Shown: in pieces, positions 1 to 12,332 of the stretch
Position numbering within the stretch: position 1 is the stretch's first letter
Layout: each line of letters starts with the position of its first letter
Source of the DNA: Malacoraja senta
Taxonomy: Eukaryota
Reading direction: 5' to 3'
DNA length: 64,000 nucleotides
NCBI GenBank assembly: GCA_038087875.1
Contig: CM075987.1
Location: 25,112,001 to 25,176,000, forward strand
Made by a program: the position numbers and the translations under genes
Notes under the pieces: generated by a model
What the model was told of the DNA's origin: nothing
The model's input: only the letters and a program-made list of their open reading frames with translations
Databases searched by the model: none

Positions 1-280
1 AGGTTCGATTCTGACTACGGGTGCTGTCCATACGGACTACAGCATACAACGTACAACATAAGGCCCTTCAGACAACAATGCATTCGTTGCACATAATGCC
101 AAGACCAATTTATCTGCCTGCATATAATCCAATCCCACTATTCCCTGCTTATCCAGGTAACTATCTAAAAGTCTCTTAAATGCTAATATCATGCCTATTT
201 AGTTGGAACGTTATTCAAAACAAGATTTGACTCATGGCAGTGGAGTAGAATCGAGATAGGAAATAGGAGAGTGTAATGAA

Positions 281-633
281 TCATAGTCATCCAGCATGGA
301 AACAGGCCCTTCGGCCCAACTTTCTCACATCGACCAACATGTTCCATCTACACTAGTGCCACCTACCTGCATTTGGCCCATATCCCTTGAAACCTCTCCT
401 ATCCATGTATCTGTAAACGTTTCTTAAACGTTGCGATACTACCTACCTCAACTACCCCCTCCGGCAGCACGGTCAATATACCCACCACCCTTTAGTTTGT
501 GTAAAAAAGCTACCTCTCAGGTTCCTATTAAACCTTTCCCCCCTCACTTTAAATTATGTCCTCTGGTTCTCGATTCCCCTACTCTGGGTCAGAGACTCTG
601 TGCGTCTGCCCGATCTATTCCTCTTATGATTCT
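281..633 (-). mobile_element. HER1/CR1-like LINE 3' fragment (shares 3' end with the V-SINEs)
   Basis: Minus strand ends GGGCCGAAGGGCCTGTTTCC..., the same terminus as the SINEs. Near-identical fragments at 33315-33665, 35123-35355, 45680-45975 and 47725-47955. Confidence 0.7.
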
Positions 634-1095
634 GTGAAGAAAATTGTGATTCTATTACAGTGTCTGGGCATTATTCCAGTGGAATATTTCCAGTGGTCAA
701 GTTTACGTTCAGCTCAAAATAATAAGAAATCCATTAAAGGAAGCTTTGAGTAGGATACAATACAAATGCTGATTCAGGATCAATATACATGCAGAACATG
801 TGGCAGATTCAATCTGATTGATTCCGGTTAAAAAAATCTAATATGTTTCAAGCATCTGGAAGCTGAAATGGACTACTAAGTCGAGCAATGTAATCTCATT
901 ACATGCAAAACCCGGAAATGCCAGCAGTTCAATGTCTTCTCACCAGCATGACAAAGGCCATAGGAAATACGGGGTGTTCCACAATGTAACTCACCCTACA
1001 ATCATTTATAGACACTGATTAAGTTTCACCCCTTTCTTAGTGGTGATTGCATGGACAGTTTTAAATAACATGTGGAAATAACGTGAATGCATCAA

Positions 1096-1381
1096 ATTTA
1101 GACGTTAAAGACTTCGGAGATACAGCGCGAAAACCGGCTGTTTGACCCACTGACCAGCGATCACCCTGTACACCAGCACTATCCTACACGCTCAGGACAA
1201 TTTACAATCTTACCAAAGCAAATTAATCCACAGACCCGTACGTCTTTGGAGTGTGGGAGGAAACCGGAGCACCCAGAGAAAACCCACGCAGCCACAGAAC
1301 GAACGTACAAACTCTGTACAGACAGCACCCGTCTCTGGTACTGTAAGGCAGCAACTCTACCGCTGCGCCACCCTGCCGCCC
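1096..1381 (-). mobile_element. HE1-like tRNA-derived V-SINE
   Basis: tRNA-like head GGGCGGCA..GGTGGCGCAGCGGTAGAG and V-domain ...TCCGGTTTCCTCCCACACTCCAAAGAC on the minus strand. Confidence 0.8.
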
Positions 1382-1823
1382 TTTTAGTCAGTAGAAGAAT
1401 TGTTTCTACGAGCTACGTGGAATCGTGGAAGCAGATGTAATTATAACATGAAAATGTGGTAAAGTGCGGATTAAATGCAAAATTGTGCGTTTTAACGTGG
1501 TTATCACAAAACCTATCATTTCTGTAACTAGGAGAGACATTTCTGTTTGCAATAAACAAGATCTCTTCTTTTCATGTTTGCCACCTATGAAGTTTGTCTC
1601 TATTTTCTTCATTAATTCAGTCCTGGATTTATTCCTTACAATGTTCTGTATTTCAAGTGATAATCAATACACATATTATGCAGCTATTTCTGCCTATGAT
1701 CGACTGCAAAAACAAAATGCCGTAATTTAACCCAACGTCAGTTCAGAAACGTATTCAATGAAGGTAAAGATAATAACACATAACCTTTCAACACAAAGGG
1801 AAAAGGAAACAGAACAGGATAGA

Positions 1824-2108
1824 ATAATAATAATAATAATAATAATAGATTTTATTTATATAGCGCTTTTCAGGACTCAAAGTCGCTTTACGTTGAGAGT
1901 CAAGAATAAACAAAACAAAATAGAGCAGTAAGACAGAGATGCAAAGGGGAGGGGGACATGGGACTAAGGGTATGCAGAGGTGAAGAGATGGGTCTTGAGG
2001 CGGGACTGGAAGATGGTGAGGGACTCAGAATTTCGGATTGGTTGTGGGAGGGAGTTCCAGAGCCTGGGAGCTGCCCTGGAGAAGGCTCTGCCTCCAAAGG
2101 CTCTGCCA
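1824..2108 (-). mobile_element. L2-clade LINE 3' fragment with (TTA)n tail
   Basis: Minus strand GTAAAGCGACTTTGAGTCC..AAAAGCGCTATATAAATAAA followed by (TTA)n, the L2-type 3' stem-loop. Upstream encodes an L2-like ..LWNSLP.. C-terminus. Confidence 0.75.
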
Positions 2109-2127
2109 CTGTCCAACAGGAATAGGT

Positions 2128-2420
2128 GGGACAGTGGCGCAGCGGTAGAGTTGCTGCCTTACAGCACCAGAGACCCTCACCACGGGAGCTGACTGTATCG
2201 ACTTTGTGCGTTCTTCCCGTGACTGCATGGGTTTTCTCCGGAAACTACGGTTTCCTCCCACACTGCGGAGACATACAGGTTGGTAGGTTAACTGGCTTCG
2301 TTAAAAATAGCTAATTGTCCCTGGTGTGTGCAGGATAGTGTTAGTGTGCGGGGATCACTGGTCGGCACGGTCTCGGTGGGCCGAAGGGCCTGTTTCTGCG
2401 CTGTATCTCGAATCGAAACA
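2128..2420 (+). mobile_element. HE1-like V-SINE
   Basis: Head GTGGCGCAGCGGTAGAGTTGCTGCC, V-domain, 3' GGGCCGAAGGGCCTGTTT. Confidence 0.8.
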
Positions 2421-3780
2421 GGCAGTTTTTGTAGATTAAAAAGGCTTTCGCCACAGGAATTAACTGGGTGTGCATTCTAATTTTGCCTCACCTTTTAAGA
2501 AGCTTTCTGGAGTGATATACCTGTTTGTTTACCAACGTGGTCTAAGCTAATTCATCTCCGTACCAAAGAAGATAGCTTCACTTATCATTTCATGGCAGTA
2601 AATTGCTTCGCTCCCTTTGTTACTGACTGAATGGGTCAGGGGAAGCCAATTACCCCCTTGATTGATCTCCTTGGATAATTGGCTTCCAGATGCACAACAG
2701 AACATGACATCCTTCTCCCAATCTAACATGCCTTCCTTGGAGTTATTTAATTGGCTTTCAGCTAAAAGGGCATAAGGTAGCGCATCGGCAGAGTTAATTG
2801 CAACTCCAGTAGAAAGAAGGCATGAAGCTCTTGGCTCCAGGCAAGAAAACCTAAAAGTTTTTTATAAAGCTCCATTCTTCCTCTGTAACTTAGCTGAGTT
2901 CAGACGTTTATGGGTCTTGTTTCGACTTGGACTTAAATTTCCATTGCCCCAAAACCAACCCGCTTCTGGTCTCTGGAGGGGCAATTTTCAAGCAGGAGAA
3001 TGGAGCCGTTCCCACGCTGGACTCATCAAAACATTCACACAGCGTATTAATGCGAAATAACCCTTGTAAATGTCAGCCATTGGTAAATCACACTCTGAGA
3101 AGGTCAAGCGGTAAAGGCTCATGAAATCCATCCTCCCGCTTTCTCTTGGTCTTCTTGATAGAATACAGGGCAGGGAGGAGAAGTGTCTGGAGAAGGGTCT
3201 CGACCAGAAAAGTCACCCGTCCCTTCTATCCGGAGATGCTGCCTGTCCCGCTGAGTTACTCCGGCATTTTGTGCCTATCTTCGGTGTAAACCAGCATCTG
3301 CAGTTCTCTCCTTCACTATTGATGCATCCGGCGTTCTATCGATGAAGAAGCTGTGCTTGCTGACAATCTATCTTTCTTGCTTGAACTGCTGCCCAACCAT
3401 TAGTTGAAGATGATTGTAATTTTACAAAGTGTGAAATAAAGCTGCGCCTCAGAGGGTCTTCTAGCTTCTCGCATGACCACATGTTTTGAGCATCTGTGAA
3501 ACTGACAGCTTTTATAATTTGATTATCTTTACACAATGCTGTTGCCTTCTGCTTTTGTAACGTTGACTGCTTCATCACAATCTTCAAATGCACATTGAAA
3601 GGTATTATTTTGTTCCATGCCAGTCGACACAACTTGTTAGTACAACAGTTGTGTCGGGTAAACTACTATTTCCATCAAATAGCCCAATATAATTGAAAAT
3701 ATCCATAAAGACGAATCTTGATTTGAAGGTAATGGAACAGGCATTTTTATAACTATTGGCCGTCACCATCAACATATTTT

Positions 3781-4412
3781 GTTTAGTTTAGTTTAGTTTA
3801 GAGATACAGCGTGGAAACAGGCTCTTCGGCCCACCGAGTCTGTGCTGACCAGCGATCCCCGCACACGAACACTATGTTCGGCTGGCAACCGGAAGGTAGC
3901 CGGTTCGAATCCCGCTTGGAGTGCATACTGTCGTTGTGTCCTTGGGCAAGACACTTCACCCACCTTTGCCTGCGTGTGAATGTGTGTGAATGATTGGTGG
4001 TGGTCGGAGGGGCCGTAGGCGCAGATTAGCAGCCACGCTTCCGTCAGTCTGCCCCAGGGCAGCTGTGGCTACAGAAGTAGCTCACCACCACCGAGTGTGA
4101 CTGAGGAGTGAATGAATAATGCGATGTAAAGCGCCTTGAGTATTAGAAAGGCGCTATATAAATCCCATCCATTATTATTATTATTACTATCGGACACACA
4201 CTGGGGACAATTTACAATTATGCCAAGCCAATCAACCTAGAAATCTGTACGTCTTTGGTGTGTGGGAGGTAACCGGAGATCCCGGAAAGACCCAGGCAGG
4301 TCACGGGGAGAAGGTACAAACTCCGTACAGACAAGCGCCCAGTGGTCAGGATGGAACCCGGGTCTCTGGCGCTGTAAGGCAGCAACTCTACCGCTGTGCC
4401 ACCGTGCCGCCC
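3781..4412 (-). mobile_element. HE1-like V-SINE interrupted by a second SINE
   Basis: Full head, V-domain and (AAACT)n tail, split at 3876-4185. Confidence 0.8.
3876..4185 (+). mobile_element. CORE-type tRNA SINE with L2-derived tail, 5' truncated
   Basis: B box GGTTCGAATCC (3902-3912), CORE-like GTGTCCTTGGGCAAGACACTT, tail TGTAAAGCGCCTTGAG..AAAGGCGCTATATAAAT+(TTA)n, ACTAT duplicated at 3871-3875 and 4186-4190. Confidence 0.75.
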
Positions 4413-4910
4413 CATGTCTGCTGCTAACCCTTTGTAATTATTCCTTCAATCACTCAACGATATTATATTGTAGAATAATAATGTTAAGAGCTTGCCTGAA
4501 GTAACAATAATTCAGGGTAACGATAATTAATCCTGTCCGTTGAAACGAGACAAAAGAAAAAAAAATCTGATATACGTATCGAAGTTTCATGAATGCATTC
4601 CAGTTAGATGTTATTTATTTAAAAGCTAATCCATCTTCAATGATTCTGTTCGGTTAGACAGAAAGGATGAGTACTGGAATTCCAATTTGAAGTGCTGCTT
4701 GAGAAGGGAAAGCTGCTACAGAATTATTAAAATCACATTTAATAAAGAAGTGAAGCAATCAGATCCATCCCACTCAAGACCGCTACTTAATCAAATCTTT
4801 TTGATATGTAAAGCTTACAGCCTTGGACAAGTTGGATGCACAACTATCTCTGTGACTTGGCTATTTAACTAGTCTTTGGTTGATAACCATTGCACGGCGG
4901 TGCTGCCTTA

Positions 4911-5138
4911 AGGGCCTGGCCCACTTTCACGACCTAATTCGCGACCTTTTTTACTCCTGGACATTTTTTATCAGGCTAGAAAAAACGCCCCGACCTACTT
5001 GATGCCACGAGTACCTACGACTAGCATCACAACCTACCTACGACCTCCTATGACCTCGTGATGACCGTGCTGCGAGTATGAGTCGAGGGCAAACTCGGCA
5101 GAGGTCGTGAATTAGGTCGTGAAAGAGGGACAGGCCCT
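4911..5138. mobile_element. PIF/Harbinger-like MITE
   Basis: About 35-bp imperfect TIRs AGGGCCTG(G/T)CCC.CTTTCACGACCTAATTC; flanks TTA/TTG. Confidence 0.7.
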
Positions 5139-5529
5139 TTGTGGGACTGTTCCACTTAGGCGATTATTTAGGCGACTACAGGCCCACCAGGTCCACGCCG
5201 ACCAGCGATCCCCGCACATTAACACTATCCTCCACCCACTAGGGACAATTTTTATATTTACCAAGCCAATTAACCTACAAACCTGTACGCCTTTGGAGTG
5301 TGGAAGGAAACCAAAGATCTCGGACAAAATCCACGCAGGTGACGGGGAGAACGTGCAAACTCTGTACAGACAGCACCCGTGGTCGGGATTGAACCCAGGT
5401 CTCTGGCGCTGCATTCGCTGTAAGGCAGCAACTCTACCGCTGCGGCACCGGGACCCGTTGAGTGTCACCTGGGTCACTCCCTCTTCTCCCCTCCCCTTTG
5501 CCATGATCCCAGAGCATATTTGGAAATTG

Positions 5530-6130
5530 AAGCTGCTCCTGAACATTGCAGTTTCCAGACTCCTGTACCTTATTCCCGAAGGCAGGAATGAAATGAGAGC
5601 ATGGCCAGGGTGGTGTGGGTCTCTGATGATCCTGGCAGCCATTTTGAGGCAGCGACTCTTGTAGATCCCTTCGATGGTGGGGGAGGTCAGAGCCTGCGAC
5701 GGACCGGGCAGTGTTCACCGCTTTTTGCGATCATCATCGTTCCTGGGCGTTCTAGTTGCCGAACCAGGCCATGATGCAATCAGTCAACGTGCTCTCCACT
5801 GTACAACCTGTAGATGTTGGAGAGAGCAATCATCGACACACTAAAGGGCCTGCCCCACTTGGCCGTCATTTGCGCGTCACGCAGATGGCGAGCGAAGATT
5901 TTGTACATCCCAAAATCCTGGGGCGACCGCGCGTCACTGCCTACGTCACCACACACCGTGCGCGCATAAAGCGCACCATCACGTGCTGTCACGGCGTGCG
6001 CGTCGTGCTTCGTGACGCGTAAATGATGTGCCGTAAATTACGAGCAAATGACGGCCAAATGGGACAGGCCCTTGAATCTCCTCAATCTTCTCAGGAAGCA
6101 AGAGGTGTTGGTGAATTTCCTTTATGGGTC
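5530..6130 (-). mobile_element. Rex1/Babar-clade LINE C-terminal fragment (interrupted by MITE)
   Basis: Encodes IIRDPHHPGHALISFLPSGIRYRSL, homologous to the 46954-47310 ORF. Confidence 0.75.
5845..6072. mobile_element. PIF/Harbinger-like MITE
   Basis: TIRs AGGGCCTG(C/T)CCCA.TTGGCCGTCATTTGC; flanks TAA/TGA; CpG-rich interior. Confidence 0.7.
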
Positions 6131-6465
6131 CAGGACAGGAGAGCAACTGTGTTCAGGCCAGTACCTTCAATTTATAATTGAGCAGCATTTCATCCTCCTA
6201 TTATGGCGTGCTCTTTTATTCATAGACTGCATGATCTGCTTCACGTGTCTGTACAGTTTCACGGCAGTGTGTTGCATGCTAATTACAACCTAAAACTGCA
6301 TGCTCTGTGTACTCAGGGAGCAAACACAACAATGCACGTAAATAAAGTTCCCACTCTACACACGTCAAAGGAAACTGTGCGGTACAAGTACATTTCCATG
6401 CCTTCTGCAGGGGGGGCAGTTTGTGTTGAGAAGTTATCAATTCAAAAGTATCGTGGAGGGCGAAG

Positions 6466-6617
6466 GGTTTAAGAAAGAACTGCTGATGCTGGAAAAAAAT
6501 CGAAGGTAGACAAAAAATGCTGGAGAAACTCAGCGGGTGAGGCAGCATCTACGGAGAGATAGTCCTTCTCTCCATTGGTGCTGCCTCACCCGCTGAGTTT
6601 CTCCAGCATTTTTTGTC
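6466..6617 (-). mobile_element. Penelope-derived palindromic short element
   Basis: Inverted copies of the PLE 3' segment; near-duplicated flank TATCGTGGAG(G/A)G(C/T)GAAG at 6449-6465 and 6618-6634. Confidence 0.7.
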
Positions 6618-6924
6618 TATCGTGGAGAGTGAAGTAAGTGTCTAGGTGGGTTTCTGTGACTGCAAGGAATGCAAATGCCCTAGAATGTGAATGAGTGCGG
6701 CAGGGAGTACTGCAATTTGTTTTAGGTATAGATGTTCCAAGAGATGGAGGTTACAAAGAAAGGCGCGGCACAGACATTCAGCCGACGGAGCTGCAATCCT
6801 GACTACGGGTGCTGTCTATGTGGAGTCCGCACATTACCCCGGGGGCCACGTTTGTTTTTGAGGAAATGTTTTACCGTGAAGATTCCTTCTCTTTGCAAGC
6901 CAGCACAATGGTTGTTTTCAGATA

Positions 6925-7267
6925 CAGGTCCACCGCCGATTATTCGGGCAAAATTACTCCAGACAAAATTACGAGAACACACTTGAAATCCCTCCCTGGA
7001 AGTGTCTTCCCCCCCCCCCCCCTCCCCCTCCCCGAACATGTGGCACCTAGGCCACCGATCTTGACCTCATTGAGACTTCCGCGGCCGGGGCTCTGGAACT
7101 CCGGCCCGGCTGGAGCCGGCAGATCCGTTCCCATAGCCGACTCCCAAGGCCGACTTTGTGGGCCGGTATCTCGGCCCCTCGGCGGGAACGTTCCGGTACC
7201 TTGGGACACCTCCCAGAGGCCGTGGCCTCTGTTGGTCCTGGAAAATGGATAATCAGTGGTGGACCTC
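6925..7267. mobile_element. Tc1/mariner (Tigger/pogo-like) MITE
   Basis: TA-CAGGTCCACCGCCGATTATTC left end; GGATAATCAGTGGTGGACCT right end (imperfect TIR). Confidence 0.55.
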
Positions 7268-7864
7268 CAGTTTAATTTATTGATGCAAGGAGAATGGGGT
7301 GGAGAGGTAAAGGCAGATCAGCCATGATTGAATGGCAGCTTCGACTTGATGGGCCGAATGGCCTAATTCTGTGCCTATCACTTATGACCTTATGACAACG
7401 TTCTATAGATAACATAACAAACAAAAAATGTTCAATAAATAAAAAAAACTATATTGGAGCAAATTAATATACAAGCCTGAAGTCCCTAATGCAGCCATGA
7501 AGGCTTGTAGATCAAAGTTTAGTACTTCCGTGTGCAATAGCCTTGCTGGTGAGAAGTTGTTCCTGAACCAGAGTTTTAAGGCAGAGATAGACAGATTCTT
7601 GATTAGTGCGGCTGTCAAGGGTTAAGGGGAGAAGACAGGAGAATGGGGTTGAGAGGGAGAGATAGACCAGCCATGTTTGAATGGCGGAGTAGACCTGATG
7701 GGCCGAATGGCCTAATTCTGCTCCTATCACCTCATGATCTTATAACCTCGAGGTCTTGGTAAGGTTTGTTTCCTTTGTAAGGGAAACCTTCGTATCACAG
7801 TAGTTTCATCACTCACTCATTGGACATTGGAGTGTTACTGCCTCACTCATTGGACATTCTAGGT

Positions 7865-8580
7865 CAGCGTTTCTTAATCTTTTTTACCCATGCGGAACCC
7901 TTGAAATAATTTTCATGTCTCAGGGAACCCCTACATCAACATTATTATATATCTTTATTAATCTCTTTCTTTCTCTTTCATAAACTTTAGGTTCACAAGG
8001 CAAACATGATCCACATAATCACACGCAGCTCCTGCCCACTAACGGCCGCTTCACACTGGCGCTGTATAAACGTCGCTAAATATATCTCCTTTGATAATTA
8101 TACTTTTAAATGATACAACAGGTTGAAGACTTTATTATAATTCCCATGAATTTTCCAAGAATATGCTGCACGCGGATAATAAAATTAGGAATATGAAATT
8201 AAACACAAAGATGACTCGAAAATGAATTAACGTATGTGTGGATTAACTATGTTAGCATACCTTTAATATACCTATCACCACACATATTATGCATGCTGCA
8301 TATTCCGTATGTAGTCCAGTCCAGATCTTCATCCCTACCCCGGACTATTGATAACAGCACTTCACCATTTCACGATCAGACTTGATGCTGGCTACGGAGA
8401 CGATAGCATGTAATGTTTCCTCCGCATGTGTCACAATAAAAGACCATGAGTTGTCACTCCTGTGTATGGCTCACATCGCACAACAATAAGATTCGCCTAT
8501 TTATCACTCTTTCTCTCGGAACCCCGAGCGACCTCTCGAGGAACCCTCGCGTTGCGGCGAGCCCCGGTAGAGAAACGCTG
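7865..8580. mobile_element. Non-autonomous hAT (Charlie-like) transposon
   Basis: TIRs CAGCGTTTCT/AGAAACGCTG, 8-bp TSD TTCTAGGT/CTCTAGGT, subterminal GGAACCC repeats. Confidence 0.85.
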
Positions 8581-9092
8581 CTCTAGGTATCGTGCTCTCC
8601 CCTGTTTCTCAGTGTAAAGTGAACTCAAGTCAAGTTTTGACATTTCAATTCAGTTGTACATTTGGGAGCTTCCCGCAATATAAACGCCCCCGAGGTAGAT
8701 AACGATATGGGAATAAATGCTGCCAATACAGAAGATACATGATTTTGCTGGGGGAGCAACTTAATCTGAACCCTTGGCTTCATTCCTATTTATGTAATGT
8801 ACCATTCTCCTTTCAGTTTATACAGAGCAGATAAATTGCAAAGCTGCTAAGAAGGTTGTCGAACTATTTAGTAGAAAGAAAACGTTATTTGAAGGTAAAA
8901 ATGAAGCGGCAATCTATAAACCTTTGTACTATGCACCACCCCAGAAGGTTGGAATGAAGTGCATGTATCTGCTCAACCTTCAGGACTACTTGGCATTGTC
9001 TTCTGAACACCACAATGTTTCTCTTCTCCTCAAGAGGTTTTCAGATGGTCAAAGAAACACATTTAACCTATTTCAAGATCAGAATAAAAGGA

Positions 9093-9297
9093 GGTAGACA
9101 AAAGTGCTGGAGAACCTCAGCGGGTGCGGCAGCATCTATGGAGCGAAGGAAATAGGCAACGTTTCGGGCCGAAACCCTTCTTCAGACCCGAAACGTTGCC
9201 TATATCCTTCGCTCCATAGATGCTGCCGCACCCGCTGAGTTTCTCCGGCACTTTTGTCTACCATCGATTTTCCAGCATCTGCAGTTCCTTCTTGAAC
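9093..9297. mobile_element. Penelope-derived palindromic element with hammerhead-type motif
   Basis: About 75-bp inverted arms; minus-strand CTGAAGAAGGGTTTCGGCCCGAAACGTT; perfect 15-bp TSD ATCAGAATAAAAGGA (9078-9092, 9298-9312). Confidence 0.85.
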
Positions 9298-9544
9298 ATC
9301 AGAATAAAAGGACATACCTTCAGAAAGGAGATGAGGAGGAATTTATTTAGGTAGAGGGTGGTGAATCTGTGGAATTCATCGCCACAGACGGCTTGCATTT
9401 TCGTGAAACCTTATGATGTTGTTCAGAAATATCTTAAAGTGCTTCACATACAACCCATTAATTTAAAAGTGCAACAATTAGATGCATGCAGAAGAATAAT
9501 TGCTTGCTGCATTGATGAAGTAAACAGAGAGACAAATGGTCTAT

Positions 9545-10022
9545 ATTAAGTCAAGAGTGTTTTATTGTCACGTGTCCCAGATAGAACAATGACATTCTTA
9601 CTTGCTGCAGCACAACAGAATATGCAAAAATAGTACATAATGGGGAAAAAAAAAAGTTTAGTGTGTGTATCAACACATGCACACATACTCAATAAATAAC
9701 AAATATAGTGCAATAATAATAATAGTCTGTTGTAGTTCAGAGCTTATTTGTTGTCATGTTTAATAGCCTGATGGCTGTACGGAAGAAGCTGTTCCTGAAC
9801 CTGGACGTTACAGTTTTCAGGCTCCTGTACCTTCTTCCCGATGGCAATGGTGAAATGAGTGTGTGGCCAGAATGGTGTGGGTCTTTGATGATGCTGGCTG
9901 CCTTTTTGAGGCAGCGACTTCGATAGATCCCTTCGATGGTGGGGAGGTCAAAGCCGGTGATGGACTGGGCAGTGGTCACAACTTTTTTTTCAGTCTTTTC
10001 CGCTCCTGGACGTCCAAGTTGC
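9545..10022 (-). mobile_element. Rex1/Babar-clade LINE 3' end
   Basis: ORF 9737-10024 RCLKKAASIIKDPHHSGHTLISPLPSGRRYRSLK; 3' TGACAATAAA plus CTTGA tail. Confidence 0.8.
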
Positions 10023-10474
10023 AAGATAGTTCACAAAAACACATTAGTCTAGTAAATGTTCCTCGGATGATGCAGTGTTTTGATTCACCGCCCATCGGAA
10101 GTTTATTCGTGCGCAACGTTCTCCTGTAAATTGAAGCACTATCTTGCACGGCTGACGTCACTTGCACACCATCGATCTTTTCGAACATTACGCATCTATT
10201 GCTCGCTGTTGGAGTCAGCTGCAGAAGTAGACTTTAACCCAAGGGTTAAGACCTACATGAGTTCAACTGGCCCTCTGGATGGGCTTATACCAGTAAGTTT
10301 GGCAGCAGCAGATCGATCAGCTATTGTGAAAGAGCACACCTCCAGATTCTGGGGACAGGTTCTTCCTACAAGTTATTAGGCAACTGAACCACTCTACCAA
10401 AATTGGAGCAGGGCTGAACTACTATCTACCACATTGGTGACCCTTGGACTATCTTCAAAATCTTTCCCCTGCAC

Positions 10475-11211
10475 GGGAGACCCGACCTTTTCTTTGTCGG
10501 GTCTCCGTTGTCGTTGGGGCTGGGCAACGTGGAGCGGCCTCCAGCAGGAACGACCTGGGGCTCCAGTTGCGGAGCTATGGACTACTCACCGTCGCGGGGC
10601 TGGCCGAGTCCGGAGCTGCGGACTACTCACCGTCGCGGGGCTGGCCGAGTCCGGAGCGGAGTGGAAACAATCGCTGCTGCTACCCGACCCCCGGAGATTC
10701 GAAGGCTACAACCGCGGGTCTGGCGGACGGCAACACCGTAAGCCCGCGGGTCCCCTGGTGGGAGACCGCTTTTCGGGGCTTCCGCAGCGGCGACTTCTCC
10801 CGCCCGAGTTGCGGGGTTGAAGAGCACCTGGAGCGGGGCTTTACATCGTCGCCCCGCGCGGCTTGGAGTGGCCGCGGTCCTTTGCGAGCGCGCGCCGGGG
10901 CTCTAACACCAAGACCCGGTGCGCGACCTTGTTTTAATGGCCACGGGACAATCACCATCGCCCGCCGAGGGCTTTGACTTTGACTCTGACATCGGGGGGG
11001 GGGGGGGGGGGGGGGAGTGCAGTGGAGAGATATGTTTTTTTGCCTTCCATCACAGCGCTGTGATGGATGGATGTGTAAATTGTGTTGTGTCTCGGGTCTT
11101 CTTCGTTTTGTAATGTATGGCTGCAGAAACGACATTTTGTTTGGACCTCAAGGGGTCCAAATGACAAATTTGTCCAAAAGACAAATAAAATTGTATTGAA
11201 TTGTATTGTAT
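10475..11211 (+). mobile_element. GC-rich non-coding retroelement with Rex-type 3' end and (TTGTA)n tail
   Basis: 5' hairpin GGAGACCCGAC/GTCGGGTCTCC, about 42-bp internal tandem duplication (10578-10657), palindrome 11046-11067, TGACAA..AATAAA and microsatellite tail. Confidence 0.55.
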
Positions 11212-11689
11212 TCTGCATCCTGTTATTATCCCTTCGCTCTATTTATTGTATTTGAGTTTGGCTTGGCTGTATTCATGTACAGCATTATCTGATTTGATTG
11301 AATAGCGTGCAAACAAAAGCCTTTCACTGTACCTCGGTACTCATGCCAATATTCTGGGGGAGGTAGGCGTTTCGTGTCGAGACCCTTCGTTAGACTCCAC
11401 TAGATTCTGGGGGGTCTGGAAGAGCAATTTGAAATATGATGAACATAATTTCTCCAGAAAAAATTGAATCAGGTGGTACAGGCATTAGAATGGTTGCACT
11501 ACTTCCAATTCATGATTTTTGCATCAAGAATAAAAGCAATGGGATCCACTTTTGAAGCCGATTTGAATTCCCTTTTATCCTTTGAACAATCAATGTTTTC
11601 TTGGCATTCATCTGCAGCACTAGAAAAGTTAGTATGGCTTTAAAAGTTGATCTTAAGTTCTCTGTCTCCCATTCACTCCAGATTACATT

Positions 11690-12332
11690 CAGTTTAGTTT
11701 AGTTTAGAGATAAAGCACAGAAACATGTACTTTGGCCCACCGCGTCCGCACCGATCAGCGATCACTCCGTATAATAATAGCCCTGTCCCACGGTACGAGT
11801 TCATTCCAAGAGCTCTTCCGAGTTTGCCCTGATTCGAACTCGGAGATTTACGGTAATGGCCGCTCGTCGGTACTCGGGGCTCTCGTGGACATTTTTCAAC
11901 ATGTTGAAAAATCTACACCAGTCTCCACGAGCTTACCGCGTTTCCCGGTTACCTGCCGGTGGCGTTACGAGCTGCTAAGAGATGTCCCCGAACTCCGACG
12001 TACCCGCTACGTTCATTCTCCGTGCTTCCTACGAGTTTGATTTTTTTTTTTTAAACTCATGAGAGCACTTGAATGAACTCGTACAGTGGGACAGGGCCAC
12101 AACACTCTCCCACACACTTGGAACAATTTACAACCTTTACCACAGCCAGTTAACCTACAAACCTGTACGTCTTTGGAGTGTGGGAGGAAACCGAAGATCT
12201 CGGGGGAAACTCACGCAGGGCATGGGGGGGAGGACGTGCAAACTCTGCACAGACAGCGCCCGTAGTCAGGATCGAACCTGGGTCTCTGGCGCTGTAAGGC
12301 AGCAACTCCACCGCTGTGGCGCTATGCTGCCC
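11690..12332 (-). mobile_element. HE1-like V-SINE interrupted by MITE
   Basis: Head, V-domain and tail present, split at 11778-12099. Confidence 0.8.
11778..12099. mobile_element. PIF/Harbinger-like MITE
   Basis: TIRs TAGCCCTGTCCCAC.GTACGAGTTCATTC; flanks TAA/CAA; same family as 21577-21895. Confidence 0.8.

Noticed and set aside
8817..8894. Possible exon (TTTCAG..GTAAAA; YTEQINCKAAKKVVELFSRKKTLFE)
   Set aside because: No recognisable protein similarity, weak donor and no partner exons; needs RNA-seq.
10434..11135. Overlapping GC-rich ORFs on both strands
   Set aside because: Stop-poor GC-rich repeat with no domain motifs.
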